From: an uncultured Clostridia bacterium
GTDB lineage: Bacteria > Bacillota > Clostridia > TANB77 > CAG-508
Direction of reading: 5' to 3'
Assembly (NCBI GenBank): GCA_944388795.1
Contig: CALXKD010000003.1
Location: 10,090-74,089 of the forward strand
Length of the DNA stretch: 64,000 nt
Under the pieces are notes generated by a model that searched no databases, was not told where the DNA came from, and was given only the letters and a program-made list of their open reading frames with translations. Both the position numbers and the translations under genes were made by a program. Shown here piece after piece: positions 1-9,508 of this stretch. Positions within the stretch are counted from its first letter, which is position 1. Each line of letters starts with the position of its first letter.

Positions 1-2
1 CT

Positions 3-281
3 ATGTGGTATGATGCGATTGTTGGAAAAATCAAAAAGCTAAATGTGAAGGTAAAAGAAGTAGAAGTGAAAGTAAATCCAATAGACGCCAATAATGTGAT
101 TGGGCATAAAAAGGAAAATGTTAACAAATTAAAAGAAATTTATGATGTTGATTTAGTTTTAAAACAAGATGAATCTATTAAACAAGGAAAATCTAAAATA
201 GAAGTAACAAAAACATTTAAAGACTTTGCTTATGAGGAAAAAGAAGAGGAAAAAAAGAAATTAAGTAAAAGTAGAAAATAG
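3..281 (+). CDS. 3' end of an unidentified protein gene (5' part outside the window)
   Basis: Open frame entering from the window edge with a K/E-rich tail, followed by a hairpin. I can assign no diagnostic motif. Confidence 0.4.
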   Translation: MWYDAIVGKIKKLNVKVKEVEVKVNPIDANNVIGHKKENVNKLKEIYDVDLVLKQDESIKQGKSKIEVTKTFKDFAYEEKEEEKKKLSKSRK

Positions 282-294
282 AGAAAGAAAGCAT

Positions 295-340
295 AAAATC
301 ACCAGAAATTACAAATACTTGTAATAAAGGTGATTTTTAT
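295..340 (+). terminator. Rho-independent terminator candidate
   Basis: AAAATCACC (295-303) pairs with GGTGATTTT (329-337). The loop has an inner ATTACAA/TTGTAAT stem, and a T-rich run follows. Confidence 0.55.
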
Positions 341-341
341 T

Positions 342-1211
342 ATGGAAAAAAAACAAAGAAAGATAATAAAACATATTATTTTAGAAACATTGGGAACAAT
401 TTTGGGTGCTTTTATTATTGCAATTGCGGTATCCTTGTTTTTATTACCTAACAAGTTATCTTCTGGAGGTGTAGCCGGAATTGCAACAATTACTTATTAT
501 TTATTTAATATGCCAATGGGAATCAGTATGTTAATCATTAATATTCCATTATTTTTAATGTCTATATTAAAAATAGGAAAAGCGTTTTTTGTAAAATCTA
601 TTATAGGAACAATTAGTTTATCTGTTTTTATTGATATATTAGACAAGATAACACCTTTAACAGAAGATAAATTTCTGGCTTGTATATATGGTGGAATTTT
701 AATGGGAGTGGGAACGGCCATTATTTTAAAAGTGAATAGTTCAACTGGTGGGACAGATTTATTTAGTTATATAGCTAAAATATATAAACCAACAATGAAG
801 GTAGGAGAAATTATTTTCCTAATCGATATTGCGATTGTTGCTTTAAATATGATCTTTTTAAGGGAGATTGAAATTGGATTGTATTCTGCCATTGCCATTT
901 ATTTGATGGGAAAAATTATTGACATTTTATTTGAAGGTATTTATTTTACAAAATTAATCTACATTGTTTCTGACAAAACAGAAGAAATTGCCAAAAAAAT
1001 AGGTGAAGAATTAGGAAGAGGGACAACAGGAATTTATGGGAAGGGTATGTATACAAATAAAGACAAATTACTATTGATGTGTGCGGTTACAAGAAAAGAT
1101 GTTGCTAGAACAATGCAAATTATAAAAAAGATAGATAAAAATAGTTTTGTTATTGTTACAAATTCTAGAGAAGTATTAGGATTAGGGTTTAAAGAGGAAT
1201 TAAATCAATAA
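342..1211 (+). CDS. YitT-family membrane protein (DUF2179 C-terminal domain)
   Basis: Multi-pass hydrophobic N-terminal part with SSGGVAGIATI and GGTDL motifs, then a soluble C-terminal domain, as is typical of YitT/DUF2179. ATG 342 is preferred over GTG 330, which lies inside the upstream hairpin. Confidence 0.8.
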   Translation: MEKKQRKIIKHIILETLGTILGAFIIAIAVSLFLLPNKLSSGGVAGIATITYYLFNMPMGISMLIINIPLFLMSILKIGKAFFVKSIIGTISLSVFIDILDKITPLTEDKFLACIYGGILMGVGTAIILKVNSSTGGTDLFSYIAKIYKPTMKVGEIIFLIDIAIVALNMIFLREIEIGLYSAIAIYLMGKIIDILFEGIYFTKLIYIVSDKTEEIAKKIGEELGRGTTGIYGKGMYTNKDKLLLMCAVTRKDVARTMQIIKKIDKNSFVIVTNSREVLGLGFKEELNQ

Positions 1212-1222
1212 TATGTTAAAAA

Positions 1223-1262
1223 GTAAAATAACAGCTAGAGAAGGCTGTTGTTTTACTTTTTT
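1223..1262 (+). terminator. Rho-independent terminator
   Basis: 13-bp stem GTAAAATAACAGC / GCTGTTGTTTTAC (one G-U pair), 8-nt loop, then a T6 run. Confidence 0.7.
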
Positions 1263-1329
1263 AGTTATTGTTAATTAGATAATTTTGTGTTAAGATTTGG
1301 GTGTAATTATATAAAAGGGGGAGAGATAT

Positions 1330-1869
1330 ATGAAGAAATATTTAGTATTGATACTGATGATTATCTTTATAGCAATTCTAGGAGGAATCATATATGCAAA
1401 TAGTGAAAAAACAGTAAATGGAAAAGAAGAATTATATGAAAAAGTAGAAGAATATCTAGTTAGTCTAGAAGAACCAAATTATTTTCTTGAAAGTAAAGAT
1501 GCAGAGCCAAATTATGATATTAGTGATTTTAAAGTGTTTACAGATATAGAAAAATTAGGAATTAAAAAGAGAAAAAATCAATTTCATGTATATGTATGGG
1601 CTAAGGTGGAAAGCTACTATGTACAAGATGGTAAATTAGTATCAAATAGTGGAAGTGCAGCACCATATGAATTTATTATAGAAAATGATGTGGTTATAGA
1701 TTATAAAAAGCCAAAAGATGGTACAGAATATACAAGTTCTATAAAGGAAATATTTCCAAAAGATATAAGAGAAAAAATAGAACAATTAGATTTGGATAAT
1801 ACAGATATGAAAAAAGAAGTGGAAGAATATTATTCATATTTAGATGAGCAAGAAAATGAACAAATGTAA
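1330..1869 (+). CDS. Hypothetical membrane-anchored or secreted protein
   Basis: SD GGGGGAG lies upstream. It has an N-terminal hydrophobic segment (LVLILMIIFIAILGGIIYA) and an acidic C-terminus. No recognisable domain. Confidence 0.55.
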   Translation: MKKYLVLILMIIFIAILGGIIYANSEKTVNGKEELYEKVEEYLVSLEEPNYFLESKDAEPNYDISDFKVFTDIEKLGIKKRKNQFHVYVWAKVESYYVQDGKLVSNSGSAAPYEFIIENDVVIDYKKPKDGTEYTSSIKEIFPKDIREKIEQLDLDNTDMKKEVEEYYSYLDEQENEQM

Positions 1870-1891
1870 ACAAGTGAAGGAGAAAACATAC

Positions 1892-2554
1892 ATGCAAACA
1901 ATATTAATTGTAGAAGATGATATGGATATTCATAATCTTATAAAAGAACTATTAGAAAAACAAAAATACAAGGTCTTAGATAGTTATTCAGGAACAGAAG
2001 CACTAATGGTTTTAGAAAGAGAAAAGGCGGATTTGATTTTACTAGACTTAATGCTACCAGGATTAAATGGAGAAGAAATTGTAAAAAAAGTAAAAGACAT
2101 TCCGATGATTGTTATTAGTGCGAAAATATCACCAGAAGATAAAGTAAATGTCTTATTAAATGGAGCAAATGATTATATTACAAAGCCATTTTCAACAGAA
2201 GAATTGTTAGCAAGGATACAAGTACAGTTCAGAATAAAGGAATCTAAAAGAGAAAATAAAGAACTAACATATAAAGAGATGATATTAAGTGAAGAAAGGC
2301 AAGCAATAATAATGAAAGAAAAACAAGTTCATTTAACAAGAACGGAATTTGCCATTTTAAAACAGTTATTGCGAAATCCAAAACAAGTGGTAACAAAATC
2401 AAAACTGTTAGAGCTCATTAGTCATGATACATTAGACTGTGATGAAAATTCATTAAAAGTGCATATTAGTAATCTTCGAAAGAAAATTAGGCAACTAACA
2501 AAGGAGGAATATATTGAGTCTGTATGGGGAATTGGATTTAAAATGCATGAATAA
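1892..2554 (+). CDS. OmpR-family response regulator
   Basis: Receiver motifs ILIVEDD and LLDLMLPGLNG, plus a C-terminal winged helix ending VWGIGFKM. ATG 1892 has SD GAAGGAG at 1876-1882. The longer track ORF from 1844 overlaps the upstream gene. Confidence 0.9.
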   Translation: MQTILIVEDDMDIHNLIKELLEKQKYKVLDSYSGTEALMVLEREKADLILLDLMLPGLNGEEIVKKVKDIPMIVISAKISPEDKVNVLLNGANDYITKPFSTEELLARIQVQFRIKESKRENKELTYKEMILSEERQAIIMKEKQVHLTRTEFAILKQLLRNPKQVVTKSKLLELISHDTLDCDENSLKVHISNLRKKIRQLTKEEYIESVWGIGFKMHE

Positions 2555-2566
2555 AATTAACGAAAT

Positions 2567-2596
2567 CTTAACAAATTTCTTAACCGATTTCTTAAC
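2567..2596 (+). promoter_or_regulatory. Three direct TCTTAAC repeats, a candidate response-regulator operator
   Basis: TCTTAAC occurs at 2567-2573, 2578-2584 and 2590-2596 (11- and 12-bp phasing). A -10-like TATAGT follows at 2602-2607, just upstream of the ABC genes. Confidence 0.45.
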
Positions 2597-2633
2597 AATT
2601 TTATAGTAAAGTAAATAAGGAAAGGAGGAGGTT

Positions 2634-3548
2634 ATGGAATATATTTTAGAAACAAATCAGCTTGAAAAAACATATCATCATTTTAAAGCCATTAATGACC
2701 TAAATATGCACATAGGAAAAGGTGCTATTTATGGACTAATTGGAAAAAACGGAGCAGGAAAGACAACTTTAATTCGACTAATCTGTGGGTTGCAAAATCC
2801 GACAAAAGGAACTTATACAATTTATGGTATCCAAAATACGGATAAACGAATATTAGATGTAAGAAAACGAATGGGAGCTATTATAGAAACACCATCTATT
2901 CGATTAGATGCAACAGCAGAAGATAATTTAAAAGAACAATACAGAATTATGGGGTTACCTAGCTTTGATAATCTACAAGAAATTTTAAAATTAGTGGGAT
3001 TAATGGATACAGGAAAGAAAAAGGCAAAACATTTTTCTTTAGGGATGAAACAAAGACTAGGCATTGCTATTGCATTAGTAGGAAATCCAGATTTTTTAAT
3101 ACTGGATGAACCAATTAATGGTTTAGATCCAGAAGGAATTATTGAAATTAGAGAATTAATTTTAAAATTAAATAAGGAAAAAGGAATTACTTTTCTAATT
3201 TCTAGTCATTATTTAGATGAATTATCTAAAATTGCAACTGATTATGGATTTATTGAAAACGGACGTATGATTCAAGAAATTCCTAAAGAAGAGTTAGAAA
3301 AAAAGTGTAAGAAAAGACTAGAACTTGAAGTTAGTAATATAAAAGAATGTGTAAAGTATTTTGAAGAGAAACAATTTCCTTATGAAGTCATTTCAAACGA
3401 AAAAATTTATTTATATCATATAATGAATGTCACAGAATTAGCAATTGCTCTTTCTGAAAAGAATTGTATTATCAACAAATTTGAAGAAAAAGAAGAATCC
3501 CTTGAAAGTTATTATATCAACTTGATGGGAGGTGACAATCATGTATAA
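2634..3548 (+). CDS. ABC transporter ATP-binding protein (Bcr/Lan-type peptide-resistance family)
   Basis: Walker A GKNGAGKTT, signature LSLGMKQR, Walker B FLILDEP. Strong SD AGGAGGAGG. Confidence 0.9.
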   Translation: MEYILETNQLEKTYHHFKAINDLNMHIGKGAIYGLIGKNGAGKTTLIRLICGLQNPTKGTYTIYGIQNTDKRILDVRKRMGAIIETPSIRLDATAEDNLKEQYRIMGLPSFDNLQEILKLVGLMDTGKKKAKHFSLGMKQRLGIAIALVGNPDFLILDEPINGLDPEGIIEIRELILKLNKEKGITFLISSHYLDELSKIATDYGFIENGRMIQEIPKEELEKKCKKRLELEVSNIKECVKYFEEKQFPYEVISNEKIYLYHIMNVTELAIALSEKNCIINKFEEKEESLESYYINLMGGDNHV

Positions 3549-4401
3549 ATTGTTAAAAGCAAATTTCTTTAGATTAGTAAAAAACAAAATATTTTGGGGA
3601 ATTGTCATCATCACCATATTGATAGCAAGTTTTATATTATTGAATACGATTTTAAATCATCAAGGAGAGATAAAAGCAGGAATTGATAACATATTGATAA
3701 TGTATATCAATTTTATTGGGATTTTCATTGCCATGTTTACTAGCTTATTTGTAGGTACAGAATATTCAGATGGAGCTCTTAGAAATAAAATTGTGATAGG
3801 GCATAGTAGAAAACATATATATTTTGCAAATATGATGACAAGTATTGTTGTAGGAATATGTATAGAATTGATTTACATACTTATTATAACGATTGTAGGA
3901 ATTCCAACTCTTGGAACTTTACAAATGTCAACTGAAAAATTTTTATTTATTGTATTAGATATTATCTTTATTATTATTGCATATGCTTCTATTTTTACCT
4001 GTGTAACATTATTATGTTCAGATATTACAGTTTCAACAGTTGCTTGCATAATTTTGGTGCTTGTTATGCTGGTAGTAAGTATGGCATTATCTTCAACAGC
4101 AAATGCAACAAAATATTATGAAACGTATTCCCAAAATGAAAATGGAGAAATAGAAGTTTATCAAGAACCTAACCCTGATTATCCAGGAGATTTTAAGAAA
4201 AATGTAGCCAAAACAATTTTGTATTGTATTCCCACAGGACAGGCATCTCAAATTGTAAGTCAAGTAAATAAACAGCCTTTCCAAATGATAGATTATATGT
4301 CAGATAATGAATTAAAAATTGCTTTTCTATATTCATTAGGTATGACAGTATGTATAACAGGCATAGGAGTTTATTGTTTTAAACGAAAAGACTTGAAATA
4401 A
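3541..4401 (+). CDS. ABC-2-type transporter permease
   Basis: About six hydrophobic segments. ATG 3541 follows SD GGGAGGTGA and overlaps the ATPase stop by 8 nt, which suggests translational coupling. Confidence 0.75.
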   Translation: MYKLLKANFFRLVKNKIFWGIVIITILIASFILLNTILNHQGEIKAGIDNILIMYINFIGIFIAMFTSLFVGTEYSDGALRNKIVIGHSRKHIYFANMMTSIVVGICIELIYILIITIVGIPTLGTLQMSTEKFLFIVLDIIFIIIAYASIFTCVTLLCSDITVSTVACIILVLVMLVVSMALSSTANATKYYETYSQNENGEIEVYQEPNPDYPGDFKKNVAKTILYCIPTGQASQIVSQVNKQPFQMIDYMSDNELKIAFLYSLGMTVCITGIGVYCFKRKDLK

Positions 4402-4453
4402 GTGAATAAAGAGTTCAAATAAAGAATTTGGAAAACAAATAAAGCAAAAAAAG

Positions 4454-5347
4454 ATGAAGGGTTTGGTGAACATGTGGATTTATATCATTAGCATCATAAG
4501 TTTATGTATAGTATTGCTTTTTATAGCAATAAAACTATATCTCATAAAAAAATCTATAAAAGAAATTCGTGTTTCAATAAATAAAATTATAAAAGCAGAT
4601 ACAAATCAATTGTTAACCATATCTTCATCAGATAAAGAAATGAAAAAGTTAGCAAATGATTTAAACAAAGAATTACAGGATTTAAGAAAAGAAAAATTAC
4701 AATATCAAAATGGCAATCAAGAATTAAAGAGAATCATTACAAATATTTCTCATGATATGCGAACACCTCTTACAGCAATTAGCGGATATATCGATTTAAT
4801 GAAAGAAAATAAAGAAAAGCAAAAAGAATATATGAAAATCATAGAAAAAAAGACAGAAGAATTAACATTGCTTACAGACCAATTATTTGACTTTTCAAAA
4901 ACAATGGATATGGGTGTAGAAATGCAAAGAGAAAAATGCTGTATAAATGAAATTTTAGAGGAAACTTTGGCAAATATGTATCACTTTTTTAAAGAGAAAC
5001 AAATTGAACCAAAGCTTGAAATATGTACACAAAAAATATATAAAGACTTAGATAAACATAGCATTATTCGTGTATTTGAAAATATTTTGTCAAATGTTTG
5101 CAAATATAGTGACGGGGATTTTAAAGTAACATTAAATGAAAAAGGAATTATAACATTTTCGAATAAAGCAACTTCATTAGATGCAACAACCGTACAAAAA
5201 ATTTTTGATAGATATTTTACCGTTGAAAATGCTAAAAAATCTACGGGGCTAGGATTATCCATTAGTAAACAACTTGTGAAATTAAATGGAGGAAAAATAT
5301 CTGCTAAATATGTTAATGAGTATTTAATTATTCAAATAGAATTTTAA
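4454..5347 (+). CDS. Sensor histidine kinase without an obvious extracytoplasmic input domain
   Basis: One N-terminal hydrophobic segment, His box SHDMRTPLTAISGY, and an ATPase G-box GLGLSISKQLV. The start is uncertain (ATG 4454 or ATG 4472). Confidence 0.85.
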   Translation: MKGLVNMWIYIISIISLCIVLLFIAIKLYLIKKSIKEIRVSINKIIKADTNQLLTISSSDKEMKKLANDLNKELQDLRKEKLQYQNGNQELKRIITNISHDMRTPLTAISGYIDLMKENKEKQKEYMKIIEKKTEELTLLTDQLFDFSKTMDMGVEMQREKCCINEILEETLANMYHFFKEKQIEPKLEICTQKIYKDLDKHSIIRVFENILSNVCKYSDGDFKVTLNEKGIITFSNKATSLDATTVQKIFDRYFTVENAKKSTGLGLSISKQLVKLNGGKISAKYVNEYLIIQIEF

Positions 5348-5394
5348 TGTGTATATTTTTATGATAGAATAAAAGCAAAAATAAAAGGGAATAT

Positions 5395-6393
5395 ATGATA
5401 AAAATGAATAAAAAAGAACTAAAATCTATATTTGTAAATATCAAAGAAGAAAATGAAAAAGGATTAGAAGAATTGTATAGCAAATACCATAAAATGGTTT
5501 ATGGCATTGCTTTTTCAATTGTGAAAAATAAAGAAGATGCAGAAGATATCATGCAAATTGTTTTTACTAAAATACAAGAACTAGATAAAACGAAGTTACC
5601 ATCTGATAAAGAAATGACATGGTTATATACACTTACAAAAAATGAAGCATTAAATTATCTAAAAAAGAAAAAGGGAGAATTTTCATTAGATACCATATAT
5701 GAAATAGAAAATAAAAATAATGAGATAGATGAAAAAATAGATTGTATAGAATTTAACCGATTAATCAGTAAATTAAATAAGAAAGAACAGGAAATCATTT
5801 CTTTAAAAATAGTATCTAATTTTTCATTTCAAGAGATTAGTGAATTGCTAAATGAACCTGTTGGAACAGTGAAATGGAGATATTATAAAAGTTTACGCTC
5901 TATAAAACGAATGTTAGGAAGTTTCGCAATGTTTGTTATTACATTTACTATTGGAATGAAAGCTATACTTACAAATTTGAAAACGGGTGAAGAAGAACAA
6001 GGAACAATGCAATCAGAAGAAGATGTAAATGATGTCAGACAAGAGGTGGAAAATACAAGTAGGCAAGACAGTGATAGTATGAATGGTGGAGAGCTTCAAG
6101 AGGAAGAACAACATAAAGAAATGCAAGATATTATACAAGAGGAAAATACAACAAGAGAAGAAGATACGAATAAAGCGGAAGAAAATAGAATAGAACAAAA
6201 CATCACAATTGAGAATATAACATCACCAGAAAATGAAATAAAAGAAGAAACAATTGTAGAAGAAGAAATGGTAGAAAACCAGATTTCATATTTAGGAATA
6301 GGACTAATAGGGATATCTGTTATATTTCTCATCATGACAATTATTTTTTTCATAAAATACCAACTAAAAACAAAAAAGAAATTGTCTAAATAA
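5395..6393 (+). CDS. ECF-type sigma-70 family factor fused to a C-terminal membrane extension
   Basis: Region 2 (DAEDIMQIVFTKI) and region 4 (ISELLNEPVGTVKWRYYKSLRSIKRML) occupy about aa 1-172. A hydrophobic segment at aa 174-193 follows, then an acidic stretch of about 100 aa, a strongly hydrophobic segment at aa 298-320, and a basic tail. Confidence 0.8.
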   Translation: MIKMNKKELKSIFVNIKEENEKGLEELYSKYHKMVYGIAFSIVKNKEDAEDIMQIVFTKIQELDKTKLPSDKEMTWLYTLTKNEALNYLKKKKGEFSLDTIYEIENKNNEIDEKIDCIEFNRLISKLNKKEQEIISLKIVSNFSFQEISELLNEPVGTVKWRYYKSLRSIKRMLGSFAMFVITFTIGMKAILTNLKTGEEEQGTMQSEEDVNDVRQEVENTSRQDSDSMNGGELQEEEQHKEMQDIIQEENTTREEDTNKAEENRIEQNITIENITSPENEIKEETIVEEEMVENQISYLGIGLIGISVIFLIMTIIFFIKYQLKTKKKLSK

Positions 6394-6407
6394 TAGAGGT
6401 GGTATGA

Positions 6408-7538
6408 ATGAAAAAGAAAATTTTAATTATCATAAGTGTCATTATTACTTTATTAATCTTAGGATATGGAAGTATTGTATATATAGATTATCATAATGTG
6501 GTAAATGGAAAATTACCTATTCTTGCTAATTATTCTGAAGATGGAGGTTATCAAGGATTGGGGTACACAGTTGAAGTAACATATTATCCTGATACAGATG
6601 TAATTGAAGAAATGAAGATGAAACTTTTTGGCAAAACAATAGCAGCAATGGTGCAAGATATTGAGAAACAAAACGAAAATCAAGAGAATCCAGAGATTGT
6701 TACCATTAGCAACGGAAATATACAAAATGAAAATAAAATTGATGCGTTTATTGATAAAGGAGATAATCGTGAAGCAGATATTTTACAGATACATATAATT
6801 TCAAATGATAAAACAGATAATGTGACAGTAGAGTTTGTGCCAGGAACATATGATGAAATATCTTTTGAAGAAAGCAATATAGAAAGTGGAAATACAACAA
6901 ATAGACAAGTGCCAAGAAGTGTTACAACAGCAGAAGAATATGAGGAAGTCTATGGATATTATAAAATAACTGTAAATGGAGAAGAAACAGGAAGATATGA
7001 TGGTTTGCGCTGGCACATGAAAAGGGTAACAAAAGATAATACAGTACAAGTTATTATGGAACCATATGTAATAGAAGTAACAGAGTTTCCGGTTATTTGC
7101 GAATATTCCTTAGAAAGTTCAAATTATGAAAAGAAATTTGAATTAACATATATGGCTAGAAAGGATATGGGCGTAAAGAAAATTGCAGAAAAAAATCAAT
7201 TTGATAATTTGGATTTTGGAGTATATACGATTGCAGGAGATATTTCTATTACCATAGAAGGAGATATGGTATATTCTCTAGAAGATGCTTTAAGTCAAGG
7301 AGTGATTACAGTTCAAGACATATTAGAACAAGCAAAACAAGATGAGAAATATGGATTTTGTGAAGAAGCCTATTATAGTGATGGAGGAAGCACAGAATAT
7401 CGATATGCAGAATATACCATACTAAAATACAATACATTAGATGGTAATAAAGATTTGGTAATTGGTATGCAAGGAATGATTATAAATCAAGTAAATGCAA
7501 GTGGGTATAAAACGGAAGAGGAAGAAAATGTGGAATAG
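6408..7538 (+). CDS. Hypothetical membrane-anchored extracytoplasmic protein
   Basis: Starts 15 nt after the sigma gene with SD GAGGTGG. It has an N-terminal signal-anchor (ILIIISVIITLLILGYGSIVYI). No recognisable domain. Confidence 0.6.
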   Translation: MKKKILIIISVIITLLILGYGSIVYIDYHNVVNGKLPILANYSEDGGYQGLGYTVEVTYYPDTDVIEEMKMKLFGKTIAAMVQDIEKQNENQENPEIVTISNGNIQNENKIDAFIDKGDNREADILQIHIISNDKTDNVTVEFVPGTYDEISFEESNIESGNTTNRQVPRSVTTAEEYEEVYGYYKITVNGEETGRYDGLRWHMKRVTKDNTVQVIMEPYVIEVTEFPVICEYSLESSNYEKKFELTYMARKDMGVKKIAEKNQFDNLDFGVYTIAGDISITIEGDMVYSLEDALSQGVITVQDILEQAKQDEKYGFCEEAYYSDGGSTEYRYAEYTILKYNTLDGNKDLVIGMQGMIINQVNASGYKTEEEENVE

Positions 7539-7550
7539 ATAAAATCATAA

Positions 7551-7586
7551 AATTACTTTATACGAAAGTATAGAGTAATTTTTTTA
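7551..7586 (+). terminator. Rho-independent terminator
   Basis: AATTACTTTATAC / GTATAGAGTAATT stem (one G-U pair), GAAA loop, then a T-run. Confidence 0.7.
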
Positions 7587-7622
7587 AATATGATATAATT
7601 TAACAGAATTAGGAGTGAGAAA

Positions 7623-8492
7623 ATGAAAGAGCAACAATATATATTAAAAGAACCAAAGACATTTCATTTAAAAGATATCTTTGAATGTGGACAATGCTTT
7701 CGATGGAATGAGCAAGAAGATGGTAGTTATACAGGTATATGGAAAGAAAATGTCGTTAATGTCAAAAAAGAAGGAAAAGATTATGTGTTTTCTGGCATAT
7801 GTAAACATGAAAATTTAGAAGAGGAAATATATACATATTTTGACTTAAACAGAGATTATGAAAGAATAAAAGAAGAATTATCTAAAAAAGATAAATATAT
7901 GAAAACAAGTATTACATATGGTAAAGGCATTAGAATTTTAAATCAAGACTTATGGGAAACAATTATATCTTTTATCATATCTGCCAATAACAATATACCA
8001 AGAATTAAAGGCATTATTGAAAGATTATCAAAGGCATATGGAAAAGAGATAGAATGGAAAGGAAAAATATATTATACATTTCCAACACCAGAAGAACTAA
8101 AAGATGTTACAGTAAAAGAATATAGAGATTTAGGATTAGGATTCAGAGATATAAGGTTATATGAAACAACTCAAATGATACTGGAAGGAAAAGTGAACCT
8201 AAAGGAATTAGAAGAAAATCCAAATACAATGGAGGTAAGAGAAAAATTATTGACGCTTTCAGGAGTAGGACCAAAAGTTGCAGATTGTATATTATTATTT
8301 TCTGATTTAAAACGTTTAGAGGTGTTTCCAATAGATGTATGGGTAAGAAGAGTCATGAATGATTTATATATCCAAAATAAAGATGAAACAAAAGTAAATA
8401 AAAAACAAATTGAAAAGATAGCAAGAGAAAAATTTGGAGATTTAGCTGGTTTAGCGCAACAATATTTGTTTTATTGGCGAAGAGAAGCATAA
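7623..8492 (+). CDS. ogg: 8-oxoguanine DNA glycosylase / AP lyase (Ogg1-type, HhH-GPD)
   Basis: N-terminal OGG-like region (CGQCFRW). HhH-GPD motif LSGVGPKVADCILLF followed by FPIDVWV. Confidence 0.8.
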   Translation: MKEQQYILKEPKTFHLKDIFECGQCFRWNEQEDGSYTGIWKENVVNVKKEGKDYVFSGICKHENLEEEIYTYFDLNRDYERIKEELSKKDKYMKTSITYGKGIRILNQDLWETIISFIISANNNIPRIKGIIERLSKAYGKEIEWKGKIYYTFPTPEELKDVTVKEYRDLGLGFRDIRLYETTQMILEGKVNLKELEENPNTMEVREKLLTLSGVGPKVADCILLFSDLKRLEVFPIDVWVRRVMNDLYIQNKDETKVNKKQIEKIAREKFGDLAGLAQQYLFYWRREA

Positions 8493-8510
8493 AGTTGAAA
8501 TATAAAAATA

Positions 8511-8539
8511 TTGTAAAATAAAACTAGGTATGATAGAAT
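8511..8539 (+). promoter_or_regulatory. Candidate sigma-A promoter of the fru/pts block
   Basis: TTGTAA (8511-8516), a 17-nt spacer, then TAGAAT (8534-8539) with an upstream TG (extended -10). Confidence 0.45.
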
Positions 8540-8559
8540 CTGAAACAAGGAGGAAAAAA

Positions 8560-9477
8560 ATGATTTATACAATAACATTTAATCCTGCACTAGATTATAT
8601 CACGCAAGTTGAAAATTTTAAAATTGGTGAAATAAATAGAACGAAAACGGAAACAATATTACCAGGAGGAAAAGGACTTAATGTATCTATAGTACTAAAA
8701 AATTTAGAAATTGAAAATACAGCACTTGGTTTTGTGGCAGGATTTACAGGAGAAGAGCTAATACGCAAAATAGAGTCACAAGGTGTAAAAACAGATTTTG
8801 TTAAAGTAGAAAAAGGAATGACAAGAATTAATATTAAAATTAGTTCTATGAATGAAAAAAAGGTAAAAGAAACGGCCTTAAATGGAATGGGACCACAGAT
8901 TACTGAAAACGATATCGAAGTGTTAATGGAAAAAATACAAAAGATGTCTACAAAAGATACTGTTATTTTAGCTGGAAGTATACCTAAAAATATTGACAAG
9001 GATATCTATGAGAAAATATGTAAGGAACTTAATGAAAAGAAAATGACATTTATAGTGGATTCAACGCAAGAGTTACTTATAAATGTACTAAAATACAAAC
9101 CTTTTTTAATAAAACCGAATAAAGAAGAATTAGAGGAAACTGTAAATTGTAAAATATCTACAAAAGAAGATATTATAGAGGCAGCGAAAAAACTAAAAGA
9201 AATGGGAGCACAAAATGTGTTAGTATCGTTAGGAAATGATGGGGCACTATTGCTGACGAAAGATGATAAGACATATTATTCAAAAGCACCTAAGGGACAA
9301 GTTGTCAATACAGTTGGATCTGGAGATTCTATGGTAGCAGGATTTTTAGCAGGATATTATCAAACGCAAGATTATGAATATGCATTAAAAACAGGAGTGG
9401 CGGCAGGAAGTGCAAGTGCATTTTCAGTACAACTTGCAACAAAAAAGGATGTTGATTTACTTTTAAAACAATTATAA
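8560..9477 (+). CDS. fruK: 1-phosphofructokinase
   Basis: PfkB family: N-terminal TITFNPALDY and C-terminal GSGDSMVAGF. ATG 8560 follows SD AAGGAGG, so the track start at 8530 is unlikely. Confidence 0.9.
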   Translation: MIYTITFNPALDYITQVENFKIGEINRTKTETILPGGKGLNVSIVLKNLEIENTALGFVAGFTGEELIRKIESQGVKTDFVKVEKGMTRINIKISSMNEKKVKETALNGMGPQITENDIEVLMEKIQKMSTKDTVILAGSIPKNIDKDIYEKICKELNEKKMTFIVDSTQELLINVLKYKPFLIKPNKEELEETVNCKISTKEDIIEAAKKLKEMGAQNVLVSLGNDGALLLTKDDKTYYSKAPKGQVVNTVGSGDSMVAGFLAGYYQTQDYEYALKTGVAAGSASAFSVQLATKKDVDLLLKQL

Positions 9478-9508
9478 ATAAAAATTTTACAAAAGAAGGG
9501 GGTAAAAT

